NCBI RefSeq assembly: GCF_006345805.1
Contig: NC_042998.1
Location: 79,050,001-79,114,000, forward strand
Origin: Octopus sinensis
Lineage: Eukaryota
Reading direction: 5' to 3'
DNA: 64,000 nt
Part shown: one piece after another, positions 1-13,000 of the stretch
How the letters are laid out: every line of letters begins with the position of its first letter
Numbering within the stretch: position 1 is the first letter of the stretch
The notes under the pieces: model-generated
Told to the model about the DNA's origin: nothing
Database searches by the model: none
The model's input: only the letters and a program-made list of their open reading frames with translations
Program-made: the position numbers and the translations under genes

Positions 1-774
1 ACTTAATAATTCCCCAAGATTGCAATTGTGTGTCACAAATTTTGCCTGGAAGTTACTTAATGTTGAATCCCTATTTGATCATAGTGAGTGCTTGTATAAC
101 AATTGACACTACCTTTTATTTTTGATGTTTCATATTGTTTTGATCTTGGTCACTAGTTCATATTTTCTAATCTTCTTTACTTCCTTTGTAAGAAGATTTA
201 CATTGTTTGGGAACACTACATGTATGTGCTTTCGCTTTCAAATTTTCTTACGCTTTAGCTTGCTTTGCTTCTGACAGTCTTTCAAGATGTTAATAGGTTC
301 TTGCAACTGGAAGTTTTTCTTTATCCTCTTTTGTGGGTCACTCTGTTCAGTTCATTGTTTGTCGTGGCTGAATAAAAGATGTGATGATTACAACTAAAAT
401 ACCTCTTCTCTTTTTGCTACTCAACAGATTTCATTAATTTTCATTACATTTTCATATTCTATCTTCTAAATAATGCTTGCGTACAGTTGTACATGTTATG
501 CAACCAATGCAAGAATGAAATCTAAATACATAAAAATGTATTCAGTTTTTTTAGACTAGCCTGTAGTTTGCAGAAAGCTGAGGGTGATAAATAACCTAGC
601 CGAGTCCAAGAATAAAATTAAGCAAATTCTTGCTTTCATTAGATAAGATGATTCTGGCATTTAGATCTGAAATAGTATGAATTATGATATTTGAAAATAC
701 AACAAATATTGTATCTTGGTAAAGTTGTATTTGCTAATAATTTGTTTGTATTTAATAACTGAAAATAAATGTTA

Positions 775-955
775 GTTATTATTGTTTAACCCAACATTAG
801 TTCTGATTAGCTATGACCATCCTGTTTTTCTCTTTCTACCTCTAAAACTATGTGATCCAATGCAAATGTCTTTTCTTAAAACCATATATGATTTAACAGA
901 ACTTGGCTGCTATTTCCCACATATCAAGTAACCATGTAGAGGCTTCTGTGTTAGC
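775..955 (+). repeat. Unclassified interspersed repeat (family F); related copies at ~20780-21065, ~33750-33890 (-), ~44715-44935 (-)
   Basis: Shared motifs across copies (ttgtttaacc/ttgtttagg...tgaccatc(c/t)tgtttttt...gctgctatt); classification unknown. Confidence 0.45.
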
Positions 956-1310
956 TTGTAAATGTTTAAAGGTTGTGACAGCTGACACCTCTCAACTTAT
1001 ATTTCCACCATTCTCTGATGTAAGCTAAAGACAAAAATTCTCTTTCCATTCCATTGTGCCATGCTGCCATTTTTTCCCTGAAAATGTAACTCCAGTTACC
1101 TATTCAGAGATAGATAGTACCTATATTTCTACACTGAAGAAGACAGACCTATAAATATATGATCACTAAAAGAACAGAGGAATTAATTGAAGTTCAGTGA
1201 AAATAGATTGAGTAGTAAATTATATAAATTCTTGAAAATCAGCATTTGAATTTCCTGAAAGGCATTTGTGATACAACTAATTGTAAGACACATTTTTCAA
1301 TGATACAACA

Positions 1311-1571
1311 ATCATCATCATCATCATCATCATTTAGTGTCCGCTTTCCATGCTAGCATGGGTTGGATGGTTCAACTGGGGCCTGGGAAGCCAGAAGGCT
1401 GCACCAGGCCCAGTCTGATCTGGCAATGTTTCTACGGCTGGATGCCCTTCCTAACGCCAACCACTCCGTGAGTGTAGTGGGTGCTTTTTACGTGCCACCG
1501 GGACAGGTGCCAGACGAGGTTGGCAAACGGTCACGGTCGGATGGTGCTTTTTACGTGCCACCAGCACGGGC
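1311..1571 (-). mobile_element. RTE-type LINE 3' UTR/tail fragment (or tail-derived SINE), intronic
   Basis: Reverse complement contains ggtggcacgtaaaaagcacc x2, gttggcgttaggaagggcatccagccgtagaaa and catgctagcatggaaagcggacactaaa(tga)n; same motifs follow the RTE ORF stop at 55251-55660. Confidence 0.8.
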
Positions 1572-1704
1572 AATGCTAATAATAATGGCATTAGCCAATG
1601 GTTATTAGGAAAAGGGATTTTTCCAAAATGCAATATTTAATTGAAATTTCTATTTTATGTAATAAGCTATTTTTTAAAATCTCTTCTTTTATTTCTTTTT
1701 GCAG

Positions 1705-2214
1705 GGCAGCATCCGTGAAGTATCTTTAATCCGAGCATCAATGGCATATTCATATATTGAAAACATGTGGGTATTCAAAGACTGCAATGGAGAGAAGAGT
1801 TACCTGGACACAAATATCTTAAAGGCAACACTTGGTGATTGTTTGTACTCAAAGCTTGCACAGTTCATTCGCAGCTTCAAAATCGCCACAAACGACGACA
1901 AAGTTATCATGATTCTCTTACTCCTTATTGAGTTCTTTGACCAGGACAAGTCAAGTTTATTGAGTAGTGAGGTCGTAGTAGCTGCTCAGGAAAAATACAC
2001 ATCCTGGCTCAAAACATACATTGAGTGTAAATATAATGATGAAATCGGCAAAGTACTTTTCCCACGGGTTCTCGTCAAACTGATGGACGTACGAGAAATC
2101 GGTGAAATCTGTAATGAAGCAACCCAAAACTTTCTGCTACAAGGCATTGATCCTTTAACTGCAGAAGTACTTGACCTCAAACTAATGGTGGACAAAATTG
2201 GAAACTCGCCTTGA
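1705..2214 (+). CDS. Terminal coding exon of a nuclear receptor, NR1J/HR96(DAF-12/VDR-PXR-CAR-like) ligand-binding domain, helices ~5-12; 5' exons outside the window
   Basis: Polypyrimidine tract + CAG acceptor ending at 1704 (tttcttttt gcag|GGC), 169 open codons to TGA 2212-2214. Matches HR96 LBD pattern as recalled: GSIREVSLIRASMAY ~ GGCTEMMIMRSVMIY; QEKYTSWLKTYIECKY ~ QNSYYYLLRRYLESVY; LFPRVLVKLMDVREI; AF-2 IDPLTAEVLDLK ~ VEPLLREIFDLK. Confidence 0.88.
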   Translation, partial: GSIREVSLIRASMAYSYIENMWVFKDCNGEKSYLDTNILKATLGDCLYSKLAQFIRSFKIATNDDKVIMILLLLIEFFDQDKSSLLSSEVVVAAQEKYTSWLKTYIECKYNDEIGKVLFPRVLVKLMDVREIGEICNEATQNFLLQGIDPLTAEVLDLKLMVDKIGNSP

Positions 2215-2251
2215 GAGTTTTCAGTAACCATTGCAACAAAAATTATTAAAA

Positions 2252-2263
2252 AATAAAAATAAA
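2252..2263 (+). terminator. Possible polyadenylation signals (two AATAAA) ~40 nt after the nuclear receptor stop
   Basis: AATAAA at 2252-2257 and 2258-2263; region is A-rich so these may be chance. Confidence 0.25.
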
Positions 2264-2504
2264 AAAAACAAACAAGAACAGCAACAACAGTAACACCAAC
2301 TAGTAGCGAAAGCGAATGAATGACCCTTAGCAAAGAGCCAATACTGTTTGTGTTTGTTTTTTCATTTTTCTCCCCTTGTCCCCCTCCCCTCCAGATATGA
2401 ACAAAAACAACAGCAACATGACAAAAGATATGAAAAGAAAAAAGAAATGAAACAAAAAGAAAACAGAAAAAATAACAAATATTATTATTATCATTATTAT
2501 TGAT

Positions 2505-2537
2505 GCATTTTGTAATATGTGTGTATATATGTGTGTG

Positions 2538-2585
<48 letters not shown>

Positions 2586-2892
2586 CACACACACTTTTTG
2601 TTACCATTCTATTTTTCTTCCAGTGAAAGAGAGAGGAATTCCCTCCATAACACTTTCCTCTATCACCACCACCACTACCACTATACTTTGTGTGCATATT
2701 ATGGGCAAAGTTTAAGAAATTAAAATCAGGGGAGAGAGAGAGAGAGAGAGAAGAGGAAGTTTGGGTTCAAGGAGGATAAGGAGGAGGAACTGATAAAAGT
2801 AATTGGGCAAAACCGTGATTTGAGAAGAAAATATGATGGTGAGTGAATGAAGTAATAATGAAGATAGGATGAGAGAGAGAGAGAGAGAGAGA
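2505..2892. repeat. Compound microsatellites (TG/TA/CA, GA)
   Basis: Directly visible dinucleotide runs. Confidence 0.9.
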
Positions 2893-3149
2893 GGCAGGTA
2901 GACTTTTACCATTACTCACACATGCTTAGGTACCTACAAATCATCCATATTTGATAGCCACAAACTCCATCCAGTGTTTCTAGAAGCTTCTAACATGTTG
3001 GTTCAGGTATTGTGCAGTTGTTTGTCATTACTACATAACTGTGTTCAACGACTGTGACCATTTGCTATTGATAATTGTTGTAACTGTTTTATTGGTGTTG
3101 TTGTTTGTGTTGCAATTAGAGGAAATGACTCAGCACTACTCATACATGA

Positions 3150-3620
3150 TTAAACATAACAGAAAAATAGAAAAAAAAATAACAAACACATAACACATGG
3201 GTATGTACTTTCACAAACCCATGTACACAATTGTAGTCGCAAATCAGCATCACAATAGCAGCCACACAACAGGCGACCAACATGAGTTACAAAGCAATCC
3301 CACCACAACGACACACAACATGGTAACAGAAATATCAGCCCATTTATCTCAACATCAACAAGGATATCATGTAATAAAAACAACATGTAACCTCCTGATG
3401 ATAGCAACACACAAAAGGAATAACACATAAGCAACAACAACACGTAACACCATCATGACAACAACAGAAACATCAACACTATTTTGTACAACAAAATTGC
3501 AACAACACACTATCAATGCATGAGTAATGGAAAACAACAAAGTAGAATATAAAAGCAACAAGAACAATGCATAATATAGCAGCTTGTGACCTTTCACATG
3601 TTTGCTCAACTTGCTAGAAA
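3150..3620. repeat. Low-complexity (CAA/ACA)-rich tract
   Basis: Degenerate CAA/ACA repeats. Confidence 0.7.
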
Positions 3621-6600
3621 CTGCAGTCAGACTTCTACCAAATTACTCATTGCTGTCTTTATAAAAGTATAAACACAGTGGATCATATAATCCTTGGTAT
3701 ACTTCATTTGTAAGCAAGGCAGGATAGTCCCATCTAAAATGCATTTGATCATGGCTCTTCTGATCTAGAACTGACATGGGTCTAAACATCAAAAATATAT
3801 AGTTACAGTATCAATAACAAACAACCTGTCAATGTTTCTACCTCCATGATCTGCCACACTAGGGGGTTCTAAAATCAAAGAATTGAACGTATTTGGAATA
3901 AGTTGAGCCCTTGTGACATAAGCTAATATTCACTAGAAGCATTGATATATCAGAACTAATCTAAGCTGTACTACTACACTTTCATTACATAACAGCTTCC
4001 TCGTTACACCAGCAGCAACAGCCCATAGACTTAGCATCATAATAGCAACACTGTAAACCAAAGGAACAACAGCAACAGGGAAATGCAATAACAGCAGCTA
4101 TTTAGAGCCTGAAGTATTTTTGTATATCTGAAAAGGAAAAATCTTCACTTTGTGTGAAGCATAGCTTTGGAATTGTGAAGAATGTGTGTTGGGTAGAGCA
4201 TGAGCAGCACAAGAGGTTATCAGAGATCATTTGGCCTAGTATTTATAAGTAGTACAGCAGTTTGAGCTGAATGTAGTGTTCTTCCCCTGAAATGTTGTTG
4301 GTTTGTTTTACTTGATGTGCAATGTTTACAAAAAGGAATATATTGACAGAATCGTTAGCATGTAATGAAGCATTTAGTTATGGAATTTTTACATTCAGAT
4401 TCTATCACAATCGACTTTTACCTTTCATTCTTCACTGAAGTACTTAGATTCAGTATGATTGACTGTGAGCTGATGATTTCACCTGTGCATGATGATTTGG
4501 TCAGCCATTCATTAATGAGTAGGTAGAAATTACCTATGCACATACAAGGGCCTCCAAGTACTGAATCCTAAAATTTTGTGCAACATTAGTGTCAACTGGC
4601 TTATGAAAGAGTAAAAATGAGAAGATTAGCAACTATTTATGCAACTTTTTGGGGGGTGTTATTTTAGGGGAAAACTACAAGTTGGCAAGTCTTATTGTTT
4701 TGTAGAAATGTTTCAAATATTCTTTGTTCACAGAAGTCTGCTGACAGACAGGTATAGGTTGCTTATGAACAGAGCCCACGTGCAAGAAGTGTGGCTAGAG
4801 TGATCAGTAATGGTGTGGGGTCATAAACAGATAGACTTCTCTGAGTGACTGTTTAGGGTTAAGAATTACAGTGTATAACAGGGGAAAGGTGTTGTATGAG
4901 AAATGACAATTGGGCTGTGAGGGAAACCCAGAAGTTTTGGGGAGAGTGCTGTTTCAAGGTGGGATGAAGTATAGGAGCTATTGAGGTTGACTGGTTACAT
5001 GTATGTTTTTGTGAGATATATATGTGTGTGCATGTGTACATATATTAAGAGAAGCACTACACAGTATTAGGAACAATAGCAATGTAAGATTCTCTCTCTC
5101 TCTCCTTGTATGTATATATATATATATACACACAGATGCACATATATTAGTGTGTGTATATGTGTGTTTGTGTATGTATGTATATATATATACATACACT
5201 CACATTCACATTTTATATACACACAACGACAACTCGAATACTTCATGATATATGATTTTATATATATATTAAGTCAAAGAGAATGTGTACAACAGTGTGA
5301 TCAATGAATGTCTGCTATGGTCTTATTTCACAGTATGGACAAATAATTGAGTGTTATCACATATAATCATCATCATCATAATCATTATTGTTATTCTTAT
5401 ATTTTTTCTGTTTTTAACTGGGAACTGGAGTGGTAAAAATGGCATTGTAGAATAAATGCTTAAAAGTATTCAGTTTTTAGTAATACTATAGTCTGAGTTC
5501 GACCCCCTACTGAAATCACCATTGTCCTTCTCTTCTCTAGAGTGAATACAAAAAAAAAGTACCAGATATGTACTCAAATCAAATCAATCAACTTATCTTT
5601 CTACAAATCTGTGGGTTTGTACCAATGTCAGAAATTGTTATTATTATTATTACTACTATTATTACAGAAACAGTAGGATTCTCGACTAAGTAATACTAAT
5701 CATTTGCTGAAGTTGATTCAGTTGGCTATATTGCATTTCTTAGAATTCTGTAACTGTGTCACTGTGAAGAATCATCATTATTCTTGTCAGAGATTATTAC
5801 TACTATCAATATTGACACATTACATAGTGGTAAGTCTACAAAACAGTCTCAGTTCATAATTTAGAACCACCTCATTTCATTAATTACTGATGACCATAAG
5901 AAGAAGCCACAAATATATTTCATTTTACATACATCTTACACTGCAGGATTTTCCTTTACGTCAGCTGTCAACTGGAGATCGCAACAATTTTCATCTTTAC
6001 TTATCATATTGCTCCCTCCAGTGGTGCCAAGCAGCAATGATGCTACCTGGGGATTATCCAACTTCTTTTGGTCCATATCATGAAGTTTTTTTAATTTTTA
6101 CCTACCTCTTTCTTATTTATATAGCCATCTACCTTATGTACTTCTTTAAGTATGACTTTCTTTAAAATCTCAAAAATCAATGTTATGATTTTATTTTTAA
6201 TGTAATCCATGAAATTGTGGTCCACTAGTATAACTTCTGATTTTTCAGTGTTTAGGATTATTGTTCAATGTTCTGAGTTCAAACCTTGTCAAGGACAACA
6301 TTGCTTCTCACACCTCTTGTACTGAGGGAGTTAGTAAAAGTAAATACTCATAGACAGTGGAATTGATTCAATCACCAATGTAAAACCTAACATTTATCTA
6401 ATACCAAATAATCCTCATTATGTATCCACTATCAGCTTTGTTTTGGCAGTTTTGCCTGTAATATAGGCATTGCACTTTAGATATGCAGGCATAAAATGTC
6501 CATTTCACATTCTGTATGTGCGATCTCCATCTTCATCACAGAGGAATCTTGTCCTAAAATTTATGATTTAAAACATAGTTTTACTTTTCCTTCAAATCAG

Positions 6601-7721
6601 TTAGGAGTTTAAGAGAGATTCATATACATAGCTACAATTGAGCAAATCAAAGGACTATTGTAATTGGAGCTTAAATGGTTTGTAGAGAAGATTGTGTTGT
6701 TTGTTGTGGAAGGTACTGCATGATAAGGCTACAGATTTGTTTTTGTTTTTTTTTTCATTTCCAATCGTAATTACTTAATTTACATCTCTAATGGTTTTTG
6801 ACAAAAGCTTGAACCTTCCTACCACGAAAACCTTCAATTTTAAGAACTGTATCTAGTTCATTTTCTTTTACATTATGTTATTGTTATTATTATCATTATT
6901 ATGGTATTCTGTTTTTTAATGTTCTGATTTCATATACCACTGAGTCATTCTTTGAGAAAGGAAGGGATCAATAAAATAAAGTACCTGTCAAGTACTGAGA
7001 GTAATGGTAATGACTACTCCCCACCTTTACAAAATTGCTGGACTTATTCCCAAATCAGATGCCCTTTATCATTATTAAGGAGTGAAAGAAATGACAAAAC
7101 TCAGTTTTCCTTTACCTTCATTATGGCATTTTAGAAAGAATCAAACATCACATCACAGCACTTAGTTTCTTCTACCACTGTGTAGCTCAATTTTAAAAAG
7201 TAATCCTAGTTAATATTAATTTTGTGGGTCGGCATAAATAATAAAGACCTGGACTAGATAGTCTTTTACAATTTAGTTGCATTCATCTATGCTGTGATTT
7301 TAAATCTTGCCTGGACAATTTTGCTTTCTTCTTATCGTATGTTGAGAAGATATGCACTAGTCATATACTAGAATCAGTTTGAGTATTTTTTCCAATAACC
7401 GAAGCAATAGTTGTGATAATAGCAACCTCTCTATGTTAGCAATTAAACTGCATCATCAATAACAGACAATGATAACCACATCAACAATATTATAACATTA
7501 TCTTCTTAAGTGGTGGTCTTGGAAGTGTGCACGAGGAGCTGCCTTGCTTAGTATTATAGCATACAATAATATTGTTGATGATAATTTCAGAAAAAAATAA
7601 AAGAGAACAAAATAAGGAAAATGTAATTAACAAAATAATTGAATTGTAACAATAATTTGTTTCATATTATTAACATCAGCGAGATAGCAGTAGATTATGA
7701 ACGTTTCTCAGACTTCTAGTA

Positions 7722-7941
7722 TATTGGTTTCAAATTTTGGCACAAGGCCAGCAAGTTCAGGCAAGGGAGAAAGTTGATTACATCGACCCCAGTCCTCAAC
7801 TGGTACTCATTTTATTTACCCCGAAAGGATGAACAGCAAAGTTGACTGTGGTGGAATTTGAACTCAAAATGTAAGGATGGATGAAATACCACTAAGCATT
7901 TTGCTCAGCATGCTTAGAATTCTGCCAGCTCACCACCTTAG
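7722..7941 (-). mobile_element. tRNA-derived SINE, family A
   Basis: Reverse complement: ggtggtgagctggcagattctaagcatgctgagcaaaatgcttag...gagttcaaattccacc...ggggtcgatgtaatcaact; same family as 23797 and 24320. Confidence 0.8.
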
Positions 7942-8088
7942 ACTCCTAATATATTGATTTGTTATCCTGGAACTACAGAATGTTCCATACAACAAAGTTG
8001 ACCAAAATTAACACCAGTACTTGATGCCTATTTTATCAAACCCCACATTATAATGATACAGTTAAGTCTTTATAGGCTTTGAACTCAC

Positions 8089-8168
8089 ATTATACATCTA
8101 TTAGTTCATCTATCTGTCAGAAATTAGGGTGGTCTTCTATCTAGTAAAAGAGATTTCTCACCAATTTA
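8089..8168 (+). repeat. Direct repeat copy 1 (~80 bp), left of NUMT
   Basis: attatacatctattagttcatctatctgtcagaaattagggtggtcttctatctagtaaaagagatttctcaccaat recurs at 8664-8748. Confidence 0.9.
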
Positions 8169-8459
8169 ATTCCTGCAAATCCCTTAGTTACTCCTATTCA
8201 TATTAAGCCTGAGTGATATTTTTTGCTTGCTTATGTTATTTTAAGTTCAATTCCTAATAAGTTGGGAGGTGTGGTTAGTTTAGGAATATCTATTGTTGTG
8301 TTGTTTGTATGTCCTCTTTTACATATTAGAGGGTGTATGGGGTTAAGTTATAATTTTTTAGGACAGTTTTGCTTTTGATTTTTAGTTAGTGTGTTTTATA
8401 TCTTAACTTGAATTGGTAGCTGTCCTGTGGAGTATCCTTATGAAATAATTGGTCGGTTA
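8163..8459 (+). pseudogene. CYTB: NUMT: nuclear copy of mitochondrial cytochrome b, C-terminal third
   Basis: In invertebrate mitochondrial code (TGA=Trp, AGA=Ser) reads [99 protein letters not shown]; PEWY and IPNKLGG motifs; changes at conserved sites (FAYAILRS to LAYVILSS). Confidence 0.93.
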
Positions 8460-8663
8460 CTAAATATTACTTCTGAGTGTGTGCTGATTCATTTATTGAG
8501 GCATATTCTCTTTCTTTTAAGAAGGTTATTTTAAAATATTTAACCATGGTGAATACTAAACAATAAAATAAGAGATGTAAAGGTAGACGGTGTATAGGAC
8601 TACCCATTTGTGAATTCAAATCTACTGAAGGCATTTTGTTGTGTTTCTAGGGCTGAAGATTTT

Positions 8664-8748
8664 ATTATACATCCATTAGTTCATCTAACTGTCAGAAATT
8701 AGGGTGGCCATCTATCTAGTAAAAGAGATTTATTTCTCACCAACTTTA
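8664..8748 (+). repeat. Direct repeat copy 2 (~85 bp), right of NUMT
   Basis: About five substitutions and a 4-nt indel relative to 8089-8168. Confidence 0.9.
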
Positions 8749-9899
8749 CACTATAAAATTAAGAACTAGTCCTCTACAATCTTGCCAAAGTTTATTAAAT
8801 ATATACTTTAACAAGTTAAGACATTTACATCTAACTATATGCCTTGTCTGCCAAGTTACATGTTGAAATCTTGATTATACACACACACACCTATTGTCTA
8901 TTATGTTTTGATGCTAAGGCAAGGACCAAATTACTTTCCATGGTTCAATTTAATTGGCTAATAAGAAACTATTTACTGCTTCACAGTCCAGTCATTAATG
9001 ACAGACAGGGCATTTTTGATATGCCAGTAAATCTTGTACTTTATCTAGGAGTAAAAGAATCTAACATTTTGTGACACTTAACTCTTCTAATTGGGAATAT
9101 AGAAGCATTGTTACTTTGGTTGCTAGATTGCAAACTGTCTTCAGAGTTATAAATGATTAATAAGAAAATCATTGGAAAATACATCTCACTGTAATTGCTC
9201 CAGCTCTTTACATTCCGAGTTGAAATCCCACCCAGATCAACTTTGCCTTTCATCTTTTTAAAAGGGTCAGTATAATAAAGTACCCGTCAAGAACCGAGAT
9301 CAATATTAGTAACTGTTCGCCTTCCGACAAATCTCAAGCTTCATGCTTATGTTTGAAACTATTATTATTATTATCAGAGATATTATACAAAGCTGAGTCA
9401 CATTAAATTAATGATGTATAACAAAACCCGTCCAGTCCATGCTAGCATGGAAAATTATTTTCATTGTTATTGTGAGTAAGCCATAGAGTACACTAGATGT
9501 TTGGGAGGTTGGAGTATTGATATCTCATTTAAGGACTACTATCTTAACTTCATATTCATCTTCATGCACAGAGTGCATCTAAAGTAAGTCAGCCTAGCAG
9601 AATAAATCTATCCAGAAGTTAAACCTCTGGAAGGATTTGAACTCAGCTCTGCTAGTTAACAAAATCAACAGACATTTACATAATTTGCTACTGTGAGCTG
9701 TACTTCCTCATAGCACCTCTTTAAATTTTAGTGCTCTAATCCATTTCTAGAAGAGTTGAGTGACTTGTTCACTAGCATTGCACATTGCACTGCTGGTGAA
9801 TCTGGCTCAGAACTCAACCAACTCTGAATCTCATGTTTCTCTTCATAGTAAAATGGTTGCATTTTGAAGTTAATACGTCATCATAAAAAATAATAATTG

Positions 9900-10085
9900 T
9901 TTTTAATTTAGCCACAAGACCATCAGTTTTTTTGAGGAGAATTAGTTAATTGACTAGTACTTTAGTTTACCAACCCCTAAGGGATAAAAGGCAGATCTTT
10001 GGTAGGATTTGAACTTAGAACATAAAGAGCCAGAAAAAATGTCACTAAGCATTTTGTTCAACACTAAATATTTTGATAGCTCAAC
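9900..10085 (-). mobile_element. Decayed SINE family A
   Basis: gccacaagaccatcag...ggatttgaacttagaac...ctaagcattttgttcaacac; resembles reverse complement of family A. Confidence 0.6.
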
Positions 10086-13000
10086 AAGGCTTACTATAAA
10101 ATGTATGAGAGTAATGAAAATCATAGTATTACGAAACCCACTAACTCACATTTTGCTAGTATAGCTTAGAAAGGAAAAAGCACTGTTTGTGGAAGAATTA
10201 TAATGGTATTTGTTGACTAGACACAAAACTTTATTGTTTATAGAAAAGAAAATGAACTATTGTGATGTTCATACTTTTCCCAAGGGATTAGCAATGTATG
10301 TGAAGTGAAATCATTCCAGCTGGAGACTGAAACTGCATTGGTACTTCACTTTGCTTGGAATTTCTTTAAACTACTTACCAGAGAAAAAAAAATCACATAC
10401 ATGGTACTAGTCGTAAAAAGAAACTTTAGCAAATAAATATATTTCACCATGAGAATTTGAAGTCGATTGGATGGTTAAGTTGTGTATACATATGACTTCT
10501 AAAGCTGAAAATACTTCAGAAGTTGTCCGAGTTACTCAGAAGCCTTGAGTTTCATGTAAAACACTTGTTAAGCTTTTTGTTTAACAGTTGTTATGCACAA
10601 ACCTCAAATTTCCTGATTAACTTCTGCAGTGTTTTCAGTGTCAAAAATAAAATATACATATTGTCTTTTTCTCTACTTTGTAAACCTAGATGTGCTTGGT
10701 TATATATATATGTATATATATATATATACATACACACACAGAGTTATGGGCAAGTGATTTAGAAGTTTTCTTCACAATTATGTCATCCCTGATTGCATTA
10801 TATACAAGTACCTTTTACGATAGCTTCATGTTGGCCCAAGTCTTGTTATTGAAATTGAGAGCTTGGAAATGGTTGAAGCATGTCAGAGGAACTGTATCTA
10901 TAATTCAAAGGGCCTGTCATGTCCTGCACATTTATCATACAGATTCTGCCTGAGAATTACATCAAGGTGAATTAATACTCAGCCATAAAATGATAATATA
11001 ATCAGTAAGCAGTTTTCTTGATTCAATAACTGGAATATTCATCACCAAATCAACAGAGATCCATCTATATTTTTCTTTATCCACACACATATATTATATA
11101 GCAAGAAGCAAAGCAATTGATTAATCTAACTCAATAGACTAGAGGGTAATCTCCTCTTGAGCTGAACCTGTCATCTGGTTTTCAATCCCAGTATTGTTTC
11201 ATTTCACTTATTTTGCTATTGATCTCAAGGAGGGCATTAACCTCATAAGATTAAACTAATTTATCTCTTCTTTCTTCTACTATAAACCTTAATGTTTGTG
11301 TCTCTACAATGCTTTAGTTTTGACTACAATTAAAACAAGAACATTTTCACCTACTTTTCTGTTTCTAAGACAAGCACAAATCTGATAAATGCGATAAAGA
11401 TTTATTCATTAGTTCTAAACTCAACATAAATAATTTAAATATAAAAAAAAAAGAAAATAATCTAAAGCAAATATTGTGCATTAAGATGATCAAAGACCAT
11501 ACTAATCAATAAAGTGTGGATGAAAATGAAAAAAGATACGGTTGATTTTTCTGAACAATACTTATTTTCTCAACTTACAATTTTTATTGTTTCTTTTTTC
11601 TTTATTTCTTTCTTTGTTTTTGATAGGCCTTTTTTTTATTTTTCCATTCAGTTCCAAAACAGTGAGTTGTTCTTTTGTTAAAAGAGAAAAATATAAGTAG
11701 GATATTAGGTACTAGTTTTTTTCTTGTTGTTTTACAGTCGATATCAGCCCTACCAAAGTTAAACTACCACATATTTCAAAAATAGTTAACCAAAAACATT
11801 TCTGTAAGAGTAACTCTCTCATAAGTCAAACATCTTTATTATATTGATGTAAGATCAACATATTAACAGAGGCAAATTTCAGTATCTCATCACTATACTA
11901 GCTCCAACTTTTTAAATTATATGCTGTAATATCCTTAAAATCTAGAGTTTGTGAGAAGAAACTTAGTTACTAAATTGAACAGATCAAATGACAGTTTATT
12001 AAGTTCCCCACTGTTTTGATAACTGTTCTGTTGTTAGAAATCCATCAAGTATTATAAGTTTGTAATGAAATGTGGGACTAGGATTATGTGGATTTAGTAA
12101 GGCTTGTTATATGATAGTTGATGTTAGAATTGTATGATGCTGCTGTTGTTGTTCAATCTCACTTGAGGTCTGCTTGATCAAATCTGTGGTCCATACTTGG
12201 GTAATTGAACAAAGCATTCAGTAGAGGCTTAAGGCCCTTCTATCTTCTAAAGCATATAATCCAAATACTTATTGACAGTATTGTACATGCTACATTGAAC
12301 TAACCAGGTGATTTACACAGAATATTCACGTTGGTTTCTAGAATTACTGGCAGAACAAAATAAGGACATAATAATGAAAAGTTGAAGTCAGATATGGAGA
12401 TATAGGGATAGTTATTTGATGACAACTGAGCAAATAAGTATTGTGTAATAATGTTCAATCATTGTGTAATAATGTTCAAACCAGTATTTCTCATATCTAA
12501 GTATGAGAAGTACTGGTGCACATATACGGATAGTTAAAGGAAAATTGTTGAAGGAAGTGGTACAAGATATAAATTTGTTATGAAAACTGATCATGTGAAG
12601 TAAATGAGATTATGTAAGTGTTTGAATATGTGAAACAAACTGATGAAATTAAGTGAATCCATTTGCACCAAATAAAAAAAAAATGGTATGGGAATGGATA
12701 ATGTGATTAGTGGTAGCAACCAATATTATATGGAACTTCATAGATTGTGGTTAAAGAAGTGATGAATGAATTAAATATGTCTGACCAAGAGTTCTGGTTT
12801 TACAGAATTAAAAACAAGGTTAAGCATTAACTGGTACAAAGCAATGATGGTGATGATGATGGTTTTGGTGACAATGGCAATGATTGTTGTGACAAGATGA
12901 TGACAGTGTTGATGCAATAACAACAGTGAAGATGATAGTGGCAGTGGTTGTGTGTTTTTGCACTCCTGTTTAGCTTTCATTGATAGGGCTTTTGATTCAC

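Noticed and set aside
1986-2594. 202-aa minus-strand ORF overlapping the receptor exon
   Set aside because: Begins in a TA/TG microsatellite, runs through low-complexity UTR and is antisense to a real exon; no domain
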